A DNA stretch of 64,000 nucleotides from Octopus sinensis (lineage: Eukaryota). Numbering within the stretch: position 1 is the first letter of the stretch; each line of letters starts with the position of its first letter. The position numbers and the translations under genes were made by a program. Positions 1 through 13,210 of the stretch are shown here, in pieces. The stretch is taken from assembly GCF_006345805.1 (NCBI RefSeq), contig NC_043016.1:24986001-25050000 (forward strand). Direction: 5' to 3'. A model generated the notes under the pieces. It saw only the letters and a list, made by a program, of their open reading frames with translations, was not told the origin of the DNA and did not search any database.

Positions 1-715
1 TCTTGAAAGGTCTAATCAAACAAATCAACCCTGGTACTTACTTTTTAAGTTTGGCAATTATTCCACTGGTCTTCTTTTTTTTTTTTGCCAAATCACAACT
101 AAGTTATAGGGACATAAACCAACCAACACCAGTTATCCAACAGTGGAAACAGGACTCACAAACATACACACACACACACACAACAGGCTTTTGCACAGAT
201 ATTGTCTACCAAATTCACTTACAAGGCATTGGTTAGTACAAGGCTATAGTAGAATAAACTTGCCAATGTGCCATACAGTGTGATTGGACCCGAAACCATA
301 TGACTGCAAAGCCAGTTTCTTATCCACACACCTGTTTGTGCCTATATGGCAGGTAACATTCTAGTAAATCGTAAGTATATATAGCAATACATGAGTAGTG
401 AATGCAGAGGAAGTGTGAAGCTAGAGTGAAATGAAGGTAAGATTCTTCACAAGATGGTTATGCAATATTGGCTTCAAACTTTGGCACAAGGCCAGGAAGT
501 TCAGAGGAGAGAGCTAGTTGATTACATCAACCCCAGAGTTCAACTGGTATTTATTTTATTAACCCTGAAAGGATGAAAGGCAAAGTCAACCTTGGTGGGA
601 TTTGAAATCAGAATGTAAAAATGGACGAAATTCCAGTATGCCTTCTGCCCAGCATACTAAGAATTTTGCAAGTTTGCCACCTTAGATGGATGTTATTAAT
701 TTCAAATTTTTGCAC

Positions 716-1106
716 AGGAGTGGCTGTGTGGTAAGTAGCTTGCTTACCAACCACATGGTCCTGGGTTCAGTCCCACTGTGTGGCACCTTAGGCAAGTGTC
801 TTCTACAATAGCCTCAGACTGACCAAAGCCTTGTGAGTGGATTTGATAGATGGAAACTGAAAGAAGCCCATCGTATACATATAAATATATATATGTACAT
901 GTGTGTATATGTTTGCCCCCCGCCAACATCGCTTGACAACCGATGCTGGTGTGTTTACGTCCCCGTAACTTAGTGGTTCAGCAAAAGAAACCGATTGAAT
1001 AAGTACTAGGCTTACAAAGAATAAGTCCTGGGGTAGATTTGCTCAACTAAAGGCGGTGCTCCAGCATAGTTACGATCGAATGACTGAAACAAGTAAAAGA
1101 GTAAAG
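716..1106 (+). mobile_element. tRNA-derived SINE family 1 (gtggctgtgtggtaag head), near full length
   Basis: tRNA-like head, gccttgtgagtggatttg...ggaaactgaaagaagccc body, microsatellite, aagtaaaagagtaaa tail. More than 10 related copies or fragments (e.g. 2925, 7320, 14125, 27310, 35680, 44000, 46700, 54370, 56180, 60880). Confidence 0.85.
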
Positions 1107-1273
1107 TCATCAATTTCAGGAAATGGAGTAAGTCAGTTACATCACTTCTAGTGCTCAACTGTTACTTGCCGCCTTGGATGGGTATGTAGTATTAGTGTGC
1201 ATGAACAACAGGACCAAAGGAGGTGAGAATAAAACTAAGTATATGAGAAATGATGTGGAGGAGAAATGATGTG

Positions 1274-1566
1274 GAGGCGCAATGGCCCAGTGGTTAGGGC
1301 AGCGGACTCGCGGTCGTAGGATCGCAGTTTCGATTCCCAGGCCGGGCGTTGTGAGTGTTTATCGAGCGAAAGCACCTAAAGTTACACGAGGCTCCAGCAG
1401 GGGGTGGTGGCAATCCCTGCTGTACTATTTCGTCACAACTTTCTCTCACTCTTTCTTCTGTCGGCCTGCTCGCTTAGCCAGCGGGGTGGCGTCATTTGAA
1501 GGCTAAAACAGTGCGAAGCACATTGTGACCGGTGATGTGTAGCAACATCTGATAGCCTGGTCGGAT
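1274..1566 (+). mobile_element. tRNA-derived SINE family 2
   Basis: A box TGGCCCAGTGG and B box GTTTCGATTCC; 5' half shared with the copies at 45.7 and 48.4 kb. Confidence 0.8.
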
Positions 1567-2120
1567 GTTGCTTGCTTGTTGCTATGAGAAATCATATGTA
1601 ATATGAGATGGGAGAGAGAGATAGAGACTGTCTTGATATGAACATGTAATTTATTTATAGTTGATAACAGATGAGTAGAGAGATATCAGAAGATCCAACT
1701 GGGAAAAAAGATTGAGGAAAAACAAGGGCAGAAGATGATGGTGAAAGTTGATCTCATGATGCTGAACCTCACAGAGGAGATGACAAAAGAAAGCAACACA
1801 TTGAAAAATGTGGTGGAGAAGATCTGTCCAATCCATGCTTGCGTAGAAAAGTGAATGTTAAAAATGATATTAATAATAATAAAGATGTCTTCAGTTTTGG
1901 GACTAAGTGAATCTGACGAGAATGTAAAACATCAATAAAACAGTCAAATATAACAGTGAGATTAGAGATGGATTCTTTTTATTTTTTTCTAAATCCTTGA
2001 AAACAAACATCAAATCAAATTCTTATGACATTTCACTCTACAATTCTTGTTTTGCCCCAGGTCCCAGTTCAAGCAGGCTTCTGATTATAGGCATTCCAAC
2101 CATGATGTAATGTCTTTTAA

Positions 2121-2340
2121 CCCTTCAGCATTTAAACCAGCCAAATCCAGGCTAAATATTCTACCTATTTTACATTTGAACTGGCCAGATCCAGCCTATC
2201 ACACCTATCCTACAATGTCATTCTAAAAATAAACAATCACATCATCAGAATTTTAAAGCTACAAAGTTATGCATGATTAGTTCAAAACAATGTGAATAAA
2301 TAAGCATTAAGTTTGACAGAATAATCTGAATGCTATAGGG
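2121..2340 (+). mobile_element. piggyBac-like MITE (about 220 bp family)
   Basis: TTAA|CCCTTCAGCATT...AATGCTATAGGG|TTAA. Confidence 0.8.
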
Positions 2341-2641
2341 TTAATATATCCAAGACTATTATCCAACATGTTCTCTAGTTCCATATTTACGCTGTGTAAG
2401 GAGAAGTATAATCAAAAACATTCCAGTCATAACCATCGTGTCATTTATTTTTTTTCAAGTATGATGTATTTAGGACTACACTGATTAATGGTTCTTGCTT
2501 TCTTTAGAGCAAAAAAGTATGATCTGAGGAAGACTTAGCCACTATTTCTACCAGGTCAAACAAATTTACTGGCTTAGTTTGGGACAGGTTTGTGGTAGAA
2601 TTAATTAACTAGTTGACGTAGGAAAAATAAAACATATTTAC

Positions 2642-2728
2642 CTGGTAAGGTGAAAAAGCCATGAACAACACCTCTGATCAGAAGCGATTTTGATTTTATG
2701 CCATTCTCACGAATTTTCTTCCCGTATT
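2642..2728 (-). CDS. Esterase exon F (catalytic His, GVVHGFF)
   Basis: Acceptor tttatttattgaag, donor gtaaat; 87 nt, phase 1 to 1; no stop codon, so a further exon is needed. Confidence 0.9.
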
Positions 2729-3688
2729 CTTCAATAAATAAACAAAAATATGTGAATATTTGTATTAAAAAAGAGAGACAAATGAAAATCACACACAAAT
2801 AAACTAAATATGTAATAAGTTTCACTCATCACTGAGTGAAAGCTAAGTTCTAAGTATACCATATAAGTACTCACACACACACACACACGTGTGTGTGTGT
2901 GTGTGTGCGTGCGCGTGCGTGCGTGCACAGTAAGCAGTTTGCTTCCCAACCATATGGTTCTGGGTTCAGTCTCACTGTGTAGTATTTTGAGCAAGTGCCT
3001 TCTACTATAGCTCTGGGCCAACCAATGCCTTGTGAGTGGATTTGGTAGATGGAAACTGAAAGAAGCCCATTGTTTGTTTGTGTGTGCAGGTTTGCCAACA
3101 CCACCCAGCTACCGGAGTTGGTTTGCCCCTGTAACTTGGTGGTTTGGCAAAAGAAACCAAGAGAATAAGTAAGTACCCAGTCAGGAAGAACCTTCTTTTC
3201 CTGGCCACAGAGATGCCACCATTATTTTAATGTCCATGCATAGGTCAGACGTACAAATACTTTCTGTATCTTTTAAGTAGTGTACACCTAAGAAATTGTC
3301 CCAATATCTGGTTGAAATATGAACCTTTTCAAAATACCCCTTACAGATATGTAGTGATATTTTTGGCCATTCTAAAAATTTCAGAAAACGTGTTTTGGTT
3401 TAACTTTCATGAGAATGGTCCAACACATTTAGTCTGATGCTCAACTGAGTCTTCCAATTTACTAGTAGAAGTCACTGTCTTTGTCTTTATTTCTTCTTTT
3501 TCTGAAATTACTTTTGAATCAATCTATTCTATTGTGAAATAGTGTGTAAATATAGAAGTTTGTTTTTCATCAACAAACTTGATTAACGAGTAATAGTGGT
3601 TAAAAAAATTTTACTAAAATTAACCAGTAACCTACAAGGGTTGAAGAAATTATATGTGTGAGAGAGAAGGACATAAAAATTAATTTAC

Positions 3689-3828
3689 CATGTGAATCAT
3701 CTTTAAGTGGATCAATTTCAGCAACAATAAACAAGGCTGGAGGAATATCTTGAAAGGATTTCCTGTAAATTGGTGAGCCTCTAGCATTCATCTTTTCTTC
3801 GTCCTTGTTGAGAAAATTGTCAATGAAA
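3689..3828 (-). CDS. Esterase exon E (catalytic Asp, PPALFIVAEIDPLKDD)
   Basis: Acceptor tttttgtttttag, donor gtaaat; 140 nt, phase 2 to 1. Confidence 0.92.
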
Positions 3829-4003
3829 CTAAAAACAAAAAAAAAAAGAAATATAAATTTCATAGGAACATTTCATGTTGGTTTCTTCAAAGAGGAACAC
3901 ATGCTATATATTTTTTTTTCATAAAAAAAAATGAGGAATTAAGAAATTCTCGATATGCTTGCTTTACTAAACACACTATTAATGCAAGTGGTTTCACCTT
4001 TAA

Positions 4004-4676
4004 CCCTTTAGCATTTAAACTCACTGTGACCAGTGCTGGTGATGTGTGAATGGCACCTGTGCTGGCGACACATAAAAGGCACCCATTACAATTTTGGAGT
4101 GGTTGCCATTAAGAAGGGCATCTAGCCATAGAAACGAAGCCAAAACAGACTGGAGCCTGGTGCAGCTACCCAGCTTACCATCTTCAGTCAAACTGCTTAA
4201 CTCATGCCAGCATGGAAAACAGACACTAAATGATGCTGATGATATCTAGCCCAAATATTCTACCTATTATGTTTCAAACCAGCCAGATCCGGACTCACAC
4301 ATCTACCATAAAATGTTATTGTAAAAATAAATTATCATATTTATTTCTTTATTGCCCACAGGAGGCTAAACATAGAGGGGACAAATAAGGACAGACAAAG
4401 GGATTAAGTCGAGTACATCGACCCCCAGTGCTTAACTGGTACTTATTTAATCGACCCCGAAAGGATGAAAGGCAAAGTCGACTTTGGCAGAATTTGAAGT
4501 AACAGCAGATGAAATACTGTTAAGCATTTTGCCTGGCATGCTAATGATTCTGCCAGCTTGCCGCCCTTAAACAATCATATCAAAACCTTGAAGCTATAAG
4601 ATAATGCATAACTATTTTAAAAACAACATAAATGAATAGGCATTATATTTGACAGAGTTATCTGAATGCTAAAAGG
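4004..4676 (+). mobile_element. piggyBac-like MITE carrying two nested SINE-type insertions
   Basis: TTAA|CCCTTTAGCATT start; body interrupted by an RTE-tail repeat (about 4022-4243) and a tRNA-SINE (about 4330-4568). Confidence 0.75.
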
Positions 4677-4902
4677 TTGAATTGAAAGAGAATTGGGAAG
4701 ACAGCTGCTCTCCACTAAAACAACTATTTCAATGCAACATCTACAGATAATTTGGGAATTATAATTATATTCAGACCCAAGATACAAGCAGGACTATGTT
4801 GTTTAGAAGTTTGGTTTCAATTGCACTGTATGACATTTTTGACAAGTATCTTCTACAATAGCTTCAGACCTGCTAATGCATTGCAAGTAAAATTTGATAC
4901 AT

Positions 4903-5795
4903 GAGAGCGTAGATGGTAGAATAAGAATAGCCTGGGCAAAGTTCAGAGACCTCCTGCCTCTGCTGCTAACAAAAGACCTCTCACTCAGAGTGAAAGATAG
5001 ACTGTAAGATGCCTGTGTGAGAGAATAGCCATGCTACACGCCAGTGAAACATGGGCTGTGACTGCTGAGGACAAGCATAGGCTTGAAAGAAATGAAGCTA
5101 GTATGCTCTGCTGGATGTGTAATGTCATTGTATTTACAATGACAGAGTGAAAGAGCCCCAAGAGAAAAGTTGGCCATAAGAAGCATCAGCTGTTGTATGC
5201 AAAAGAAATGTCTGCTGGTATGGTCAAGTGTTGCGAATGGATGAGGACAGCTGTGTGAAGAAGTGTTGCACTGGAATAGTGGAGGGAAACTGTGGAAGAG
5301 GTAGACCCAGGAAGACATGGTATGAGGTGGTGAAGCAAGATCTTCAAAAATTGGACCTCACAGAAGCAATGACAAGCAACCAAGACCTTTGGAGATATGC
5401 TGTGATTAAGAAGACCTGGCAAGCCAAATGGGATTGTAGTCATGACCAATACCAGTGTCGCATACTTGGCCCATTTAAAAGCACCCTTCAATCATTGGGC
5501 AATGTGCCATGCTTGTGAAGATCTGTCGAACCGAGTGAAATCGTTGTTGTGGCTGATGATAGTGCCACCTGACTGGCACATAACAAGCACCATTCAAGCA
5601 TGACCAATGCCAGTGACACGTAAAAAGCACCCATCACACTCTTTGAGTGGTTGGCATAAGGAAGGGCATCCAGCAGTAGAAACCTTGCCAGATCAGATTG
5701 GTGTCTGGTGCTGCCTCCTGGCTTGCCAGTCCTCAGTCAAACCATCTAACCTATGCCAGCATGGAAAGCAGACGTTAAATGACGGTGATGAAACT
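4903..5795 (+). mobile_element. RTE-clade LINE 3' fragment with 3' UTR tail
   Basis: RIRIAWAKFRDL...MLHASETW...RMDEDSCVKKC...GRGRPRKTW...WRYAV, followed by the abundant catggaaagcagacgttaaatgacg tail. Confidence 0.85.
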
Positions 5796-5831
5796 CTGCA
5801 AAAGTTTGTAAATTTATATATAATATATATA

Positions 5832-5871
<40 letters not shown>

Positions 5872-5875
<4 letters not shown>

Positions 5876-6050
5876 AGAATTCACAAAAAAACAAGAGACG
5901 AAGACAGGTGGTGTAGACAACAGATCAGATGTATTAGTATAACACCCGGGAAGTGAAAAAGTCTAATGTTTCGAGCCTATGCTCTTCCACAGAAAGGAAC
6001 ACAGAAAGAAACGAGAGAAAATAAAGAATATGTAGTGGCTAGCGATCTAT
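5872..6050 (-). mobile_element. Probable Penelope-like element pLTR remnant with decayed hammerhead-like motif
   Basis: Follows (AT)n; minus strand CTGTGGA-A-GAGC(ATAG)GCTC-GAAAC at about 5968-5993. Confidence 0.4.
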
Positions 6051-6539
6051 GACACACACACAGTATTGAATATACATGCACACAGTATGTGTTTTGCTAG
6101 CTCATGAATAGGTCATGCTTATAGATGTAAGAGAATATATTCTCTTGCACATATAAGCACACTACCCACAAACTGGCAAAACACATACCTTGTATATGTG
6201 TGTTCAATATTGTTTATATCCTCCAACTGCTTTTAACTGATATTTGAATACATATACACACACACCACCATCGACACTTAACATCTGCCTTTCATGCTGG
6301 CATGGGTTGGACAGTTTGACTGAAGACTGGCAAGCAAGTAGGCTGCACCAGGCTCCAATCTGATATGGCAAGGTTTCTCCCCAAGGACACTTACTGTTAA
6401 CATCCATCACTTGGACGCCAAGAGTAAATGCTCGTCACTTGGACGCCAAGAGTAAATGCACATCACTTGGATGTCAACAGTAAATGTCCAACACTTGTTT
6501 GTTTTTGTTCTTTGATTTATAATTACTGTTGCTTAATAT

Positions 6540-7252
6540 GTTTTGCTAAAGTTGCTGTTTCTTTTCAGATATCACAAGAAAAAGGTAATTAAAATTCATT
6601 AAAATGACAGATCTATCGGACTTTCAAAGAGGTCAAATTGTTGGTGCCCGTAAGGCAGGCGCTAGCGTAACGAAAACAGCCAAAATGCTTGGTGTATCAA
6701 GTAGTACTGTCTCGAAAATAACGACAGCCTTTGAGAAAGAGGAAAAAACCTCCTTGTCAAAACAAAACTCCAGAAGAAAACCCAAACTTTCAGATAGGGA
6801 CTTAATAGTCAAGACTATTTAAGCTTTTTATCAGATCAAATTTATCCTATGATTGCAGAATTGTTTCCAGAGAGAAACACAATTTTTCAGGATGATAATG
6901 CACCAATTCACATAGTAAAAGTTGTTACTGAATGGCACGAGGAACATTCTAGTGAAGTCGAACATCTTGTCTGGTCACTACAGTCCCCAGATGTCAATAT
7001 TATTGAACATTTATGGTGCAATTTAGAAAAACAAGTAAGGAGTCAATATCCTCCACCATCATCACTGTAAGAACTGGAGAATGTTTTTAGCTGAAGAATG
7101 GACAAAAATTCCTATGGAAACAATTCAAACTTTGTATGAATCCATACCTCATATAATTCAAGCTGTAATTACAGCCAAAGGTGGTCCTACCCCATAGTAA
7201 AATAAATTTGTTTGAAATTTTAAGGTGTTTCCATTATTTTGTCCAACCCCTG
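6540..7252 (+). mobile_element. Decayed, internally deleted Tc1-like transposon (right TIR retained)
   Basis: HTH DLSDFQRGQIVGARKAGASVTKTA; DDE region FQDDNAPIH...SPDVNIIEHLW; terminal ...ccattattttgtccaacccctg followed by TA; left TIR not found. Confidence 0.88.
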
Positions 7253-9094
7253 TACATACATCATTATCATCATTTAATGTCCACTCTCCATGCTGGCATG
7301 GGAAGGACCATGTATGTATGTATATATATATATATATACACACACACACCACCCACAATGGGCTTCTTTCAGTTTTCATCTACCAAATCCACTCATGAGG
7401 CTTTGGTCAACCCTTGGCTATAGTAGAAGACATTTGTTCAAGGCATCACACAGTGGGACTGAACTCGGAACGATATGGCTATGAAACAAACTTCTTACCA
7501 CACAGCCCCCACCCCACCCCACCCAATAACAGGAAATAAGGTTAAAGAAAAAAAATTACAATTTTGGCAGTAAAAGAATGTAACGGTAAAAACTGTCATT
7601 TCATTTAAATAATCATCATAGTAATTAAATATAATATTATAAATCAATTATTTAACTGAAAATGACAACACAATTCCTATATTGCTATATTACAAGTATT
7701 TGAAAAAGATATTTTTTTTAATATCCAAAAATTTAACATTTAAAAGGAAAAAAAAAAATGAATAGTCAATAGCATTTTTTCAGTGATTCTTTTTTTGGTT
7801 AATGAATTCACAAGTTATTGGGGGGGGGGGTCTTGAAGGATAAAGCGAAAACAAAGGTTACCCCAAATACATTTTATATTGGTAAAAAGGGATGCAGAAT
7901 GAAATGCATGAAACCGAAGTAGGCAATAAGTTGGTACATTTTTCACAAAAAAGAAATGGGTCATTATAACCTTATTTTCAATAAAAATATGTGTCACTGT
8001 ATCTAAGAGACAGAATTTCTACACACACACACACGCAAATAGTTCGCTCAACTGTTTATTAACATAGTGAATAATAAAATAAAACTATGGAAGTATTTCT
8101 CAGTCATTTTAACCCTAAAATTTAGTTACTTCCAGAAGTTATAAAAGGAGTGAAATGTATGTGTATATTCGTATGAATGCACGATATGTGTAGTTGTCTC
8201 CCTTTCACTAAAATTTTAAGTATATGCTTTCTTTGCTTTTCCCCCAAGGTTTTTGTAAGTCCCTTTCTACTAAGGCAACTTCCAAGAGATTATTATCTTA
8301 GAATTTTTCTACTGATCATTGTTATTACCACCTCGTTCTCCTCAATTACCATTTCTGTCCAACTCGTTTGGTATCAGCTCATACCAAAAATTGGTACGAA
8401 TGAATGGATGCCCTTCCTAACACCAATAATTTTACAGAGTGGACTGGGCACTTTTTATGTGGCATTAACATGGGCAGGGTTACCAAGTAAATAACAACAC
8501 AAGACTCTGCTGAACTGAGTGGGGAACAGTATTGAGGGAGGTGGCTTTGTGCCAGGTGATGAGAAGTTACATCATGATAGAGGGACAAAAACAGGTGTCT
8601 TGCAATAGAGGAGATACATGGCTACCCTAATTGGTGGGAGGGAGATAGGATGGTGAAAAAGGTATTTCAGGGTGTACCTTCATTAGAAGCATAGAATGAA
8701 AACATCTAAGATGACAGAGATATATAGAATTTTAACTAATAAAAACTGGTGGCATGATGAATTAAAAGAATAACAAGGTGTGAAATATCTTTCTGGAGAT
8801 TCAGTTATTTAACTTCAGCTAAACTGGTTTAGATGAAAATTTAGAAGAATAACAACAGAAGAAATTTTAAACAGTTGTAAAAATAAACTTGTTTCATTTT
8901 TTAATTAAAATTTCTTCAATTAGTAAGCAATCTCAACATCCTCTAGACAGGAGTAACAGAACCCACTGGTCTAGGGGCAAGATTTCTTTTTCACTCATTT
9001 TACAATGAGGAAGCTTGAATCAGCACCAACATTGGAAGCTGTTGTTTCTCTTTTTATTCTTTAGGTTTTCTTTGGTTTTGGATTTGTATTTTAA

Positions 9095-11850
9095 TGTAGT
9101 TTTATATTAATATATGTATCATATACAGATGTGTTATATTTGTAATAAAAAGCAATAAAAATTTAGCTGAAAGAGAGAGGGAAGAGGGAGAAAGCAAGCG
9201 AGAGAGAAAGATTACTAAGTGTTGTGTTTCACACTTAAGAAAATATGTTGAATGTTCGTAACGGCAAGCTACACAACTCACTTCCAAGTGCCACGCTGTA
9301 CAGTTCCTCCCCCTGTGCATAGTGGCATCACCCCTTTTATGGCTATCAGCTCATTCATCTCTCATCTCATGATTTCTATGTGGTTGCACAAGACTTCCTT
9401 TGAGAGTTCTAGATATATATCAAGATACCAAAATCAGCAACACAGCTATCACATTTTCCCTCCTCGAAACGTTTCGGCTTTTTACATCCTGCCGCAATTC
9501 TTCCATTTCACCTCAGTTAGAAACTTGATGAAATTTTTGTGTTTAATCTTTGATGGCTAGCATTGTCAATAATAAACTACTCCACTGCTTCTATAACTCT
9601 AGCCTGGGGACTTAATATGGTCACACCGTCACTGTTAGGCATCCTTGCAGACCCAGCACGAACCATTGTGTTCAATTCTGGTTCCCATGTGTTCAGCGGG
9701 GCCAGTCACTCAACTGCCACTAACAGCAGCAGGCAACCCTACTTCTTAATCCATGCAGTATTCTTTCCGGCACGTATCACACATTTTGTCTTGGATGCAA
9801 TCTTGTCAAACATGGTTTTGTGTATTACATCCTCACCTATTTCAAAGAATGGGTTTACAGCAACCCTCAATGGTTTTTTTTCCATTAACTTTTCGGCCAG
9901 CGATAATTTACAACCACCCAAGGCACTCTGATGGTTAAACAGAATTTTGTTCAAATAGTTGCTGAAATTCCCTATCTTTAGATCAAAATGATTCAGTGCA
10001 GCTTTCAGAGTTTGTACAGCCCTTTCAGTGGTGCCATTAGATGCTGGACTGTAAATAGGTATCTCAATTTTTCTGCAACCCATTAATGACAACATATTCT
10101 TTAACACAACAAATTTAGGCCTGTTGTCTGATACTAAAGCTGTAGGTACACCAAAACGAACAGAGACCTCAAGCAGCTTGCTTTTTACCACCAGTCGAGC
10201 AATCAGGACACAAGAATGCCTCAATCCATGTTGAGTAGGTATCTACAATTACAAGTATATTACTGATGTTTGGAACATATGCCCAATCCATATGCACACA
10301 TTCCCAGGGTCCAGAAATAGGCCATGGATCATTTGCCTTTACTAAATTTGGCCTAACTCTCAGGCAACTATCACAAGATTTGACAAAACTCTCCACCAAG
10401 TGAGTCAACCCAGGTCTCCAAACACAGAGTCATGCCTTGTTTGTTTGTTGAATGCCCATGAGTGTGTTGTGAATTTTAGCTAATACTGTGGCTCTATAAG
10501 GGGCTGGAATAAACGGACTATTTTTATGATTTATTTAAGCCATTTTCACATGTTAGAAAATCTTTCTCTTTAGCAAATGCACGTTCCAGATTCAAGACCA
10601 ATCTCCAATTTTGCAGTAAAATTCTTTCCTTTATTTTGTTATATAATGCATTTGCAGCTAGTTGTTTTTGGATGCCTTCCTTCATTACAGGATCAATGTC
10701 CTGCCATACACTGTCACATTTGTCTAAATGTGAAGCAAAAAAAAAATGATATCACCATCATTAGTCTCATTATACCTCAAATGAGAGAGAGAGAGCATTG
10801 ATGAGTGGAATATTTTTACCTGGAACATGCTTAACAATAAAACCGTACTGTGATAGAATCAAACTCCATTTGGCTATTTTTTACAAAGCATATTAAGATA
10901 CATCTAAATCCTTTGCGAACAGGGTTTTGAAAGGCTGGTGATCCATTTCCAAATAAAATTGCTTTCCTAGAAGGAAATGCTGCAGTCTATGCACCATACC
11001 ACTGAATAAGCCTCTCTATGTTTGACCAATTTCGTTGTGCTTGGCCAAAGGTGTGTCTTATGGATGCTACTGGGTGTCCTTCCTGGGATAACACCCCCAG
11101 CTACTACAATCAAGAACGCATCTACAGTGAGAGTGCTCATCTTTTCCATTGAGTATGGTTGCAAAACTGGAGCCTCCGAAAGATGAGTGATAAGCTTATG
11201 GAAGGCCTTATCTTGCTCTTTACCCTGCCTAGATTATTTAAATTTAGCTAAGAGAAGTTCTACTTCTACAGCATACGCCAGGACAAATCTTCAGTAGTAA
11301 TTTATCAGACCCAATATTTTATCATAATTTTTCTTTGATTCTGGTACTTGTGTGTCCTTTAGTTTTGGTACCAATTCCTGAGATGGAGAAATACCCTCTT
11401 CAGATATGTCTATTCTCAGGAAATTCAAATTTCTTTTGGAGAATGACTTTTCTTTGTTAATGGAGAACTGTGCCTTGGTTAGCTTTGCAACTACCATATT
11501 TTCTCTGCTCATCAATTTTGCTTCACAACTAGCATAGATGAGGATATTATTTTGATATGCCCCGACTCTTTTGATCCCTTTTAGTAGAATGTCTATGCAG
11601 TTTTGAAATATGACACTCAAATTCTTAAGGTCCATTTGAAATCTGTTAACCAGGTAGAGATCATTGGTTGTATCAATAGCGCAAATCCACCTTCTTTCCC
11701 TAAAGGTATTTTCTAATACACATACTTTAAACTGAGAGTGGAGAAAAATTAGTTTAACAATGAAAGTTATTTTACTAAATTTTTCATTACTTTCAAGATT
11801 AATTGACATCAAGGCAGTATATTTCAAAAGAAATATGGTCATGAAAGAAT
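9095..11850 (-). mobile_element. 5'-truncated, decayed Ty3/Gypsy LTR retrotransposon (RT, RNase H, integrase remnants, PPT, 3' LTR)
   Basis: RT remnant 11291-11842 (AYQNNILIY; KKNYDKILGLINYY); RNase H remnant near 11000-11160 (LTVDA); zinc-binding VKSCDSC...WECVHMDWA; integrase RFGVPTALVSDN...YSPASNGTTERAVQTLK. PPT AGGGGGAGGAAC (9314-9303) abuts a 208-bp TGTA...TACA segment (9302-9095). Confidence 0.85.
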
Positions 11851-12624
11851 TAAATTTACCCTTGAAAAAAGATATGACCTCATGAGATAAAATAGCAATG
11901 AATGTCTATGTCAGAGAAGAAGACAGAATAGTCTAACTTTTATGACCATCTTTGAATGATGAAAGTTTGATGTACAGAAATAATGTTCCAACCAAAGGGA
12001 GAATTAGGAACAAAAATGTAGTACTAACTCTGATTACTACTGTTCTATATGAATAAAAAACAACCTACAATTTGGTTACAAGTTATCTAGTCAAGCAGTT
12101 GGCAGCAACTACAACCACTATACACCTAATACAAATAAACCCTCATTCATTATTATCAAACAATTCATTATTATCACAACACTACATCAGCAAAATTCAT
12201 AAGATGACACACAGCTAAAATCTAACATTTCCTACAATGTTATAATCAAATTTCTGATAATCCATCGGATTTATATGACCTAACAAAGGCTGAATTTCCT
12301 TTGTGAAATCAGAAATTGTATGTATTGAATCAATAATCAACAAGATAGGATTAGGGTTATAATCTAAAAATATTTTTTAAATGGGTGCACATTTGTGCCA
12401 ACAAAAATAACCACTGTGAAACCAATATTCCACATTACTTATGAAGGATTTTAATATAAAATTTGATTGTCGTGAAATACATAGCTAGCTTGTTTAGCTT
12501 TATAATTAATGCTTCATAGAGAAAAGAGGATGCAACAACGAAGAAAAATAAATTATTGTAACCAAGAAAAATAATTGTTGTAAAATCAATATTCTGAGAC
12601 CCCCCTTCGGTCACAACACTGACC

Positions 12625-12935
12625 ATGGGATTGCACCTAGAAAGTTACCCTCCCAGGCACAAGTCCAGGCAAGGTTGTTTATGGAAGACCAGCAGTTGCC
12701 CATGCATACCGGCCTCCCCTCTCCATGCCACTGATGTTATCCAAGGGAAAGGCAAAGGCTGATACAGCTTGGCACCTGTGACGTCGCAACTCATTTCTAC
12801 AGCTGAGTGAACTGGAGCAATGTGAAATAAAGTGTCTTGCTCAAGAACACAACATGCAGCCCAGTCCGGGATTCAAGCTCACAACCTCATGATCGTAAGC
12901 TCGACACTCTAACCACTGAGCCATGCGCCTTCACA
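12625..12935 (-). mobile_element. tRNA-derived SINE family 4
   Basis: Reverse tRNA-like head ...ctctaaccactgagccatgcgccttca; related copies at about 36080-36360 and 55840-56130. Confidence 0.7.
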
Positions 12936-12999
12936 AAATCAATATTACACAACATTTATTAAGGATATCATTATCAAAATGTGTTATAAATGGATTTAA

Positions 13000-13210
13000 T
13001 CCTTTAGCTTTCAGATTACTCTCTCAAATGTAATACTAAATTATTCACAAGGTTTTAAATAATGCTTTATCTCATAGCTTTGAAATTTTGATGATGGGAT
13101 TGTTAATTTTTAAAATGACATTGTAGATAGGTGTGAGAGACCAGATCTGGCCAGTTTGAACATTAAACAGAATATTTGGGCTGCTTATGGCTGGTTTAAA
13201 TGTTAAAGGG
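13000..13210 (-). mobile_element. piggyBac-like MITE, same family
   Basis: TTAA at both ends; reverse copy of 2121-2340. Confidence 0.75.

Noticed and set aside
1274-1350. tRNA gene
   Set aside because: A/B boxes continue into a SINE body shared with other copies; no complete cloverleaf. The same applies to the other SINE heads.
1850-2000. Candidate terminal esterase exon
   Set aside because: Available AG acceptors give immediate stops or unrelated low-complexity peptide; the terminal exon is probably beyond position 1
12017-12236. TGTAG...CTACA segment as the Gypsy 5' LTR
   Set aside because: No similarity to the 3' LTR at 9095-9302, no TGG primer-binding site and no TSD
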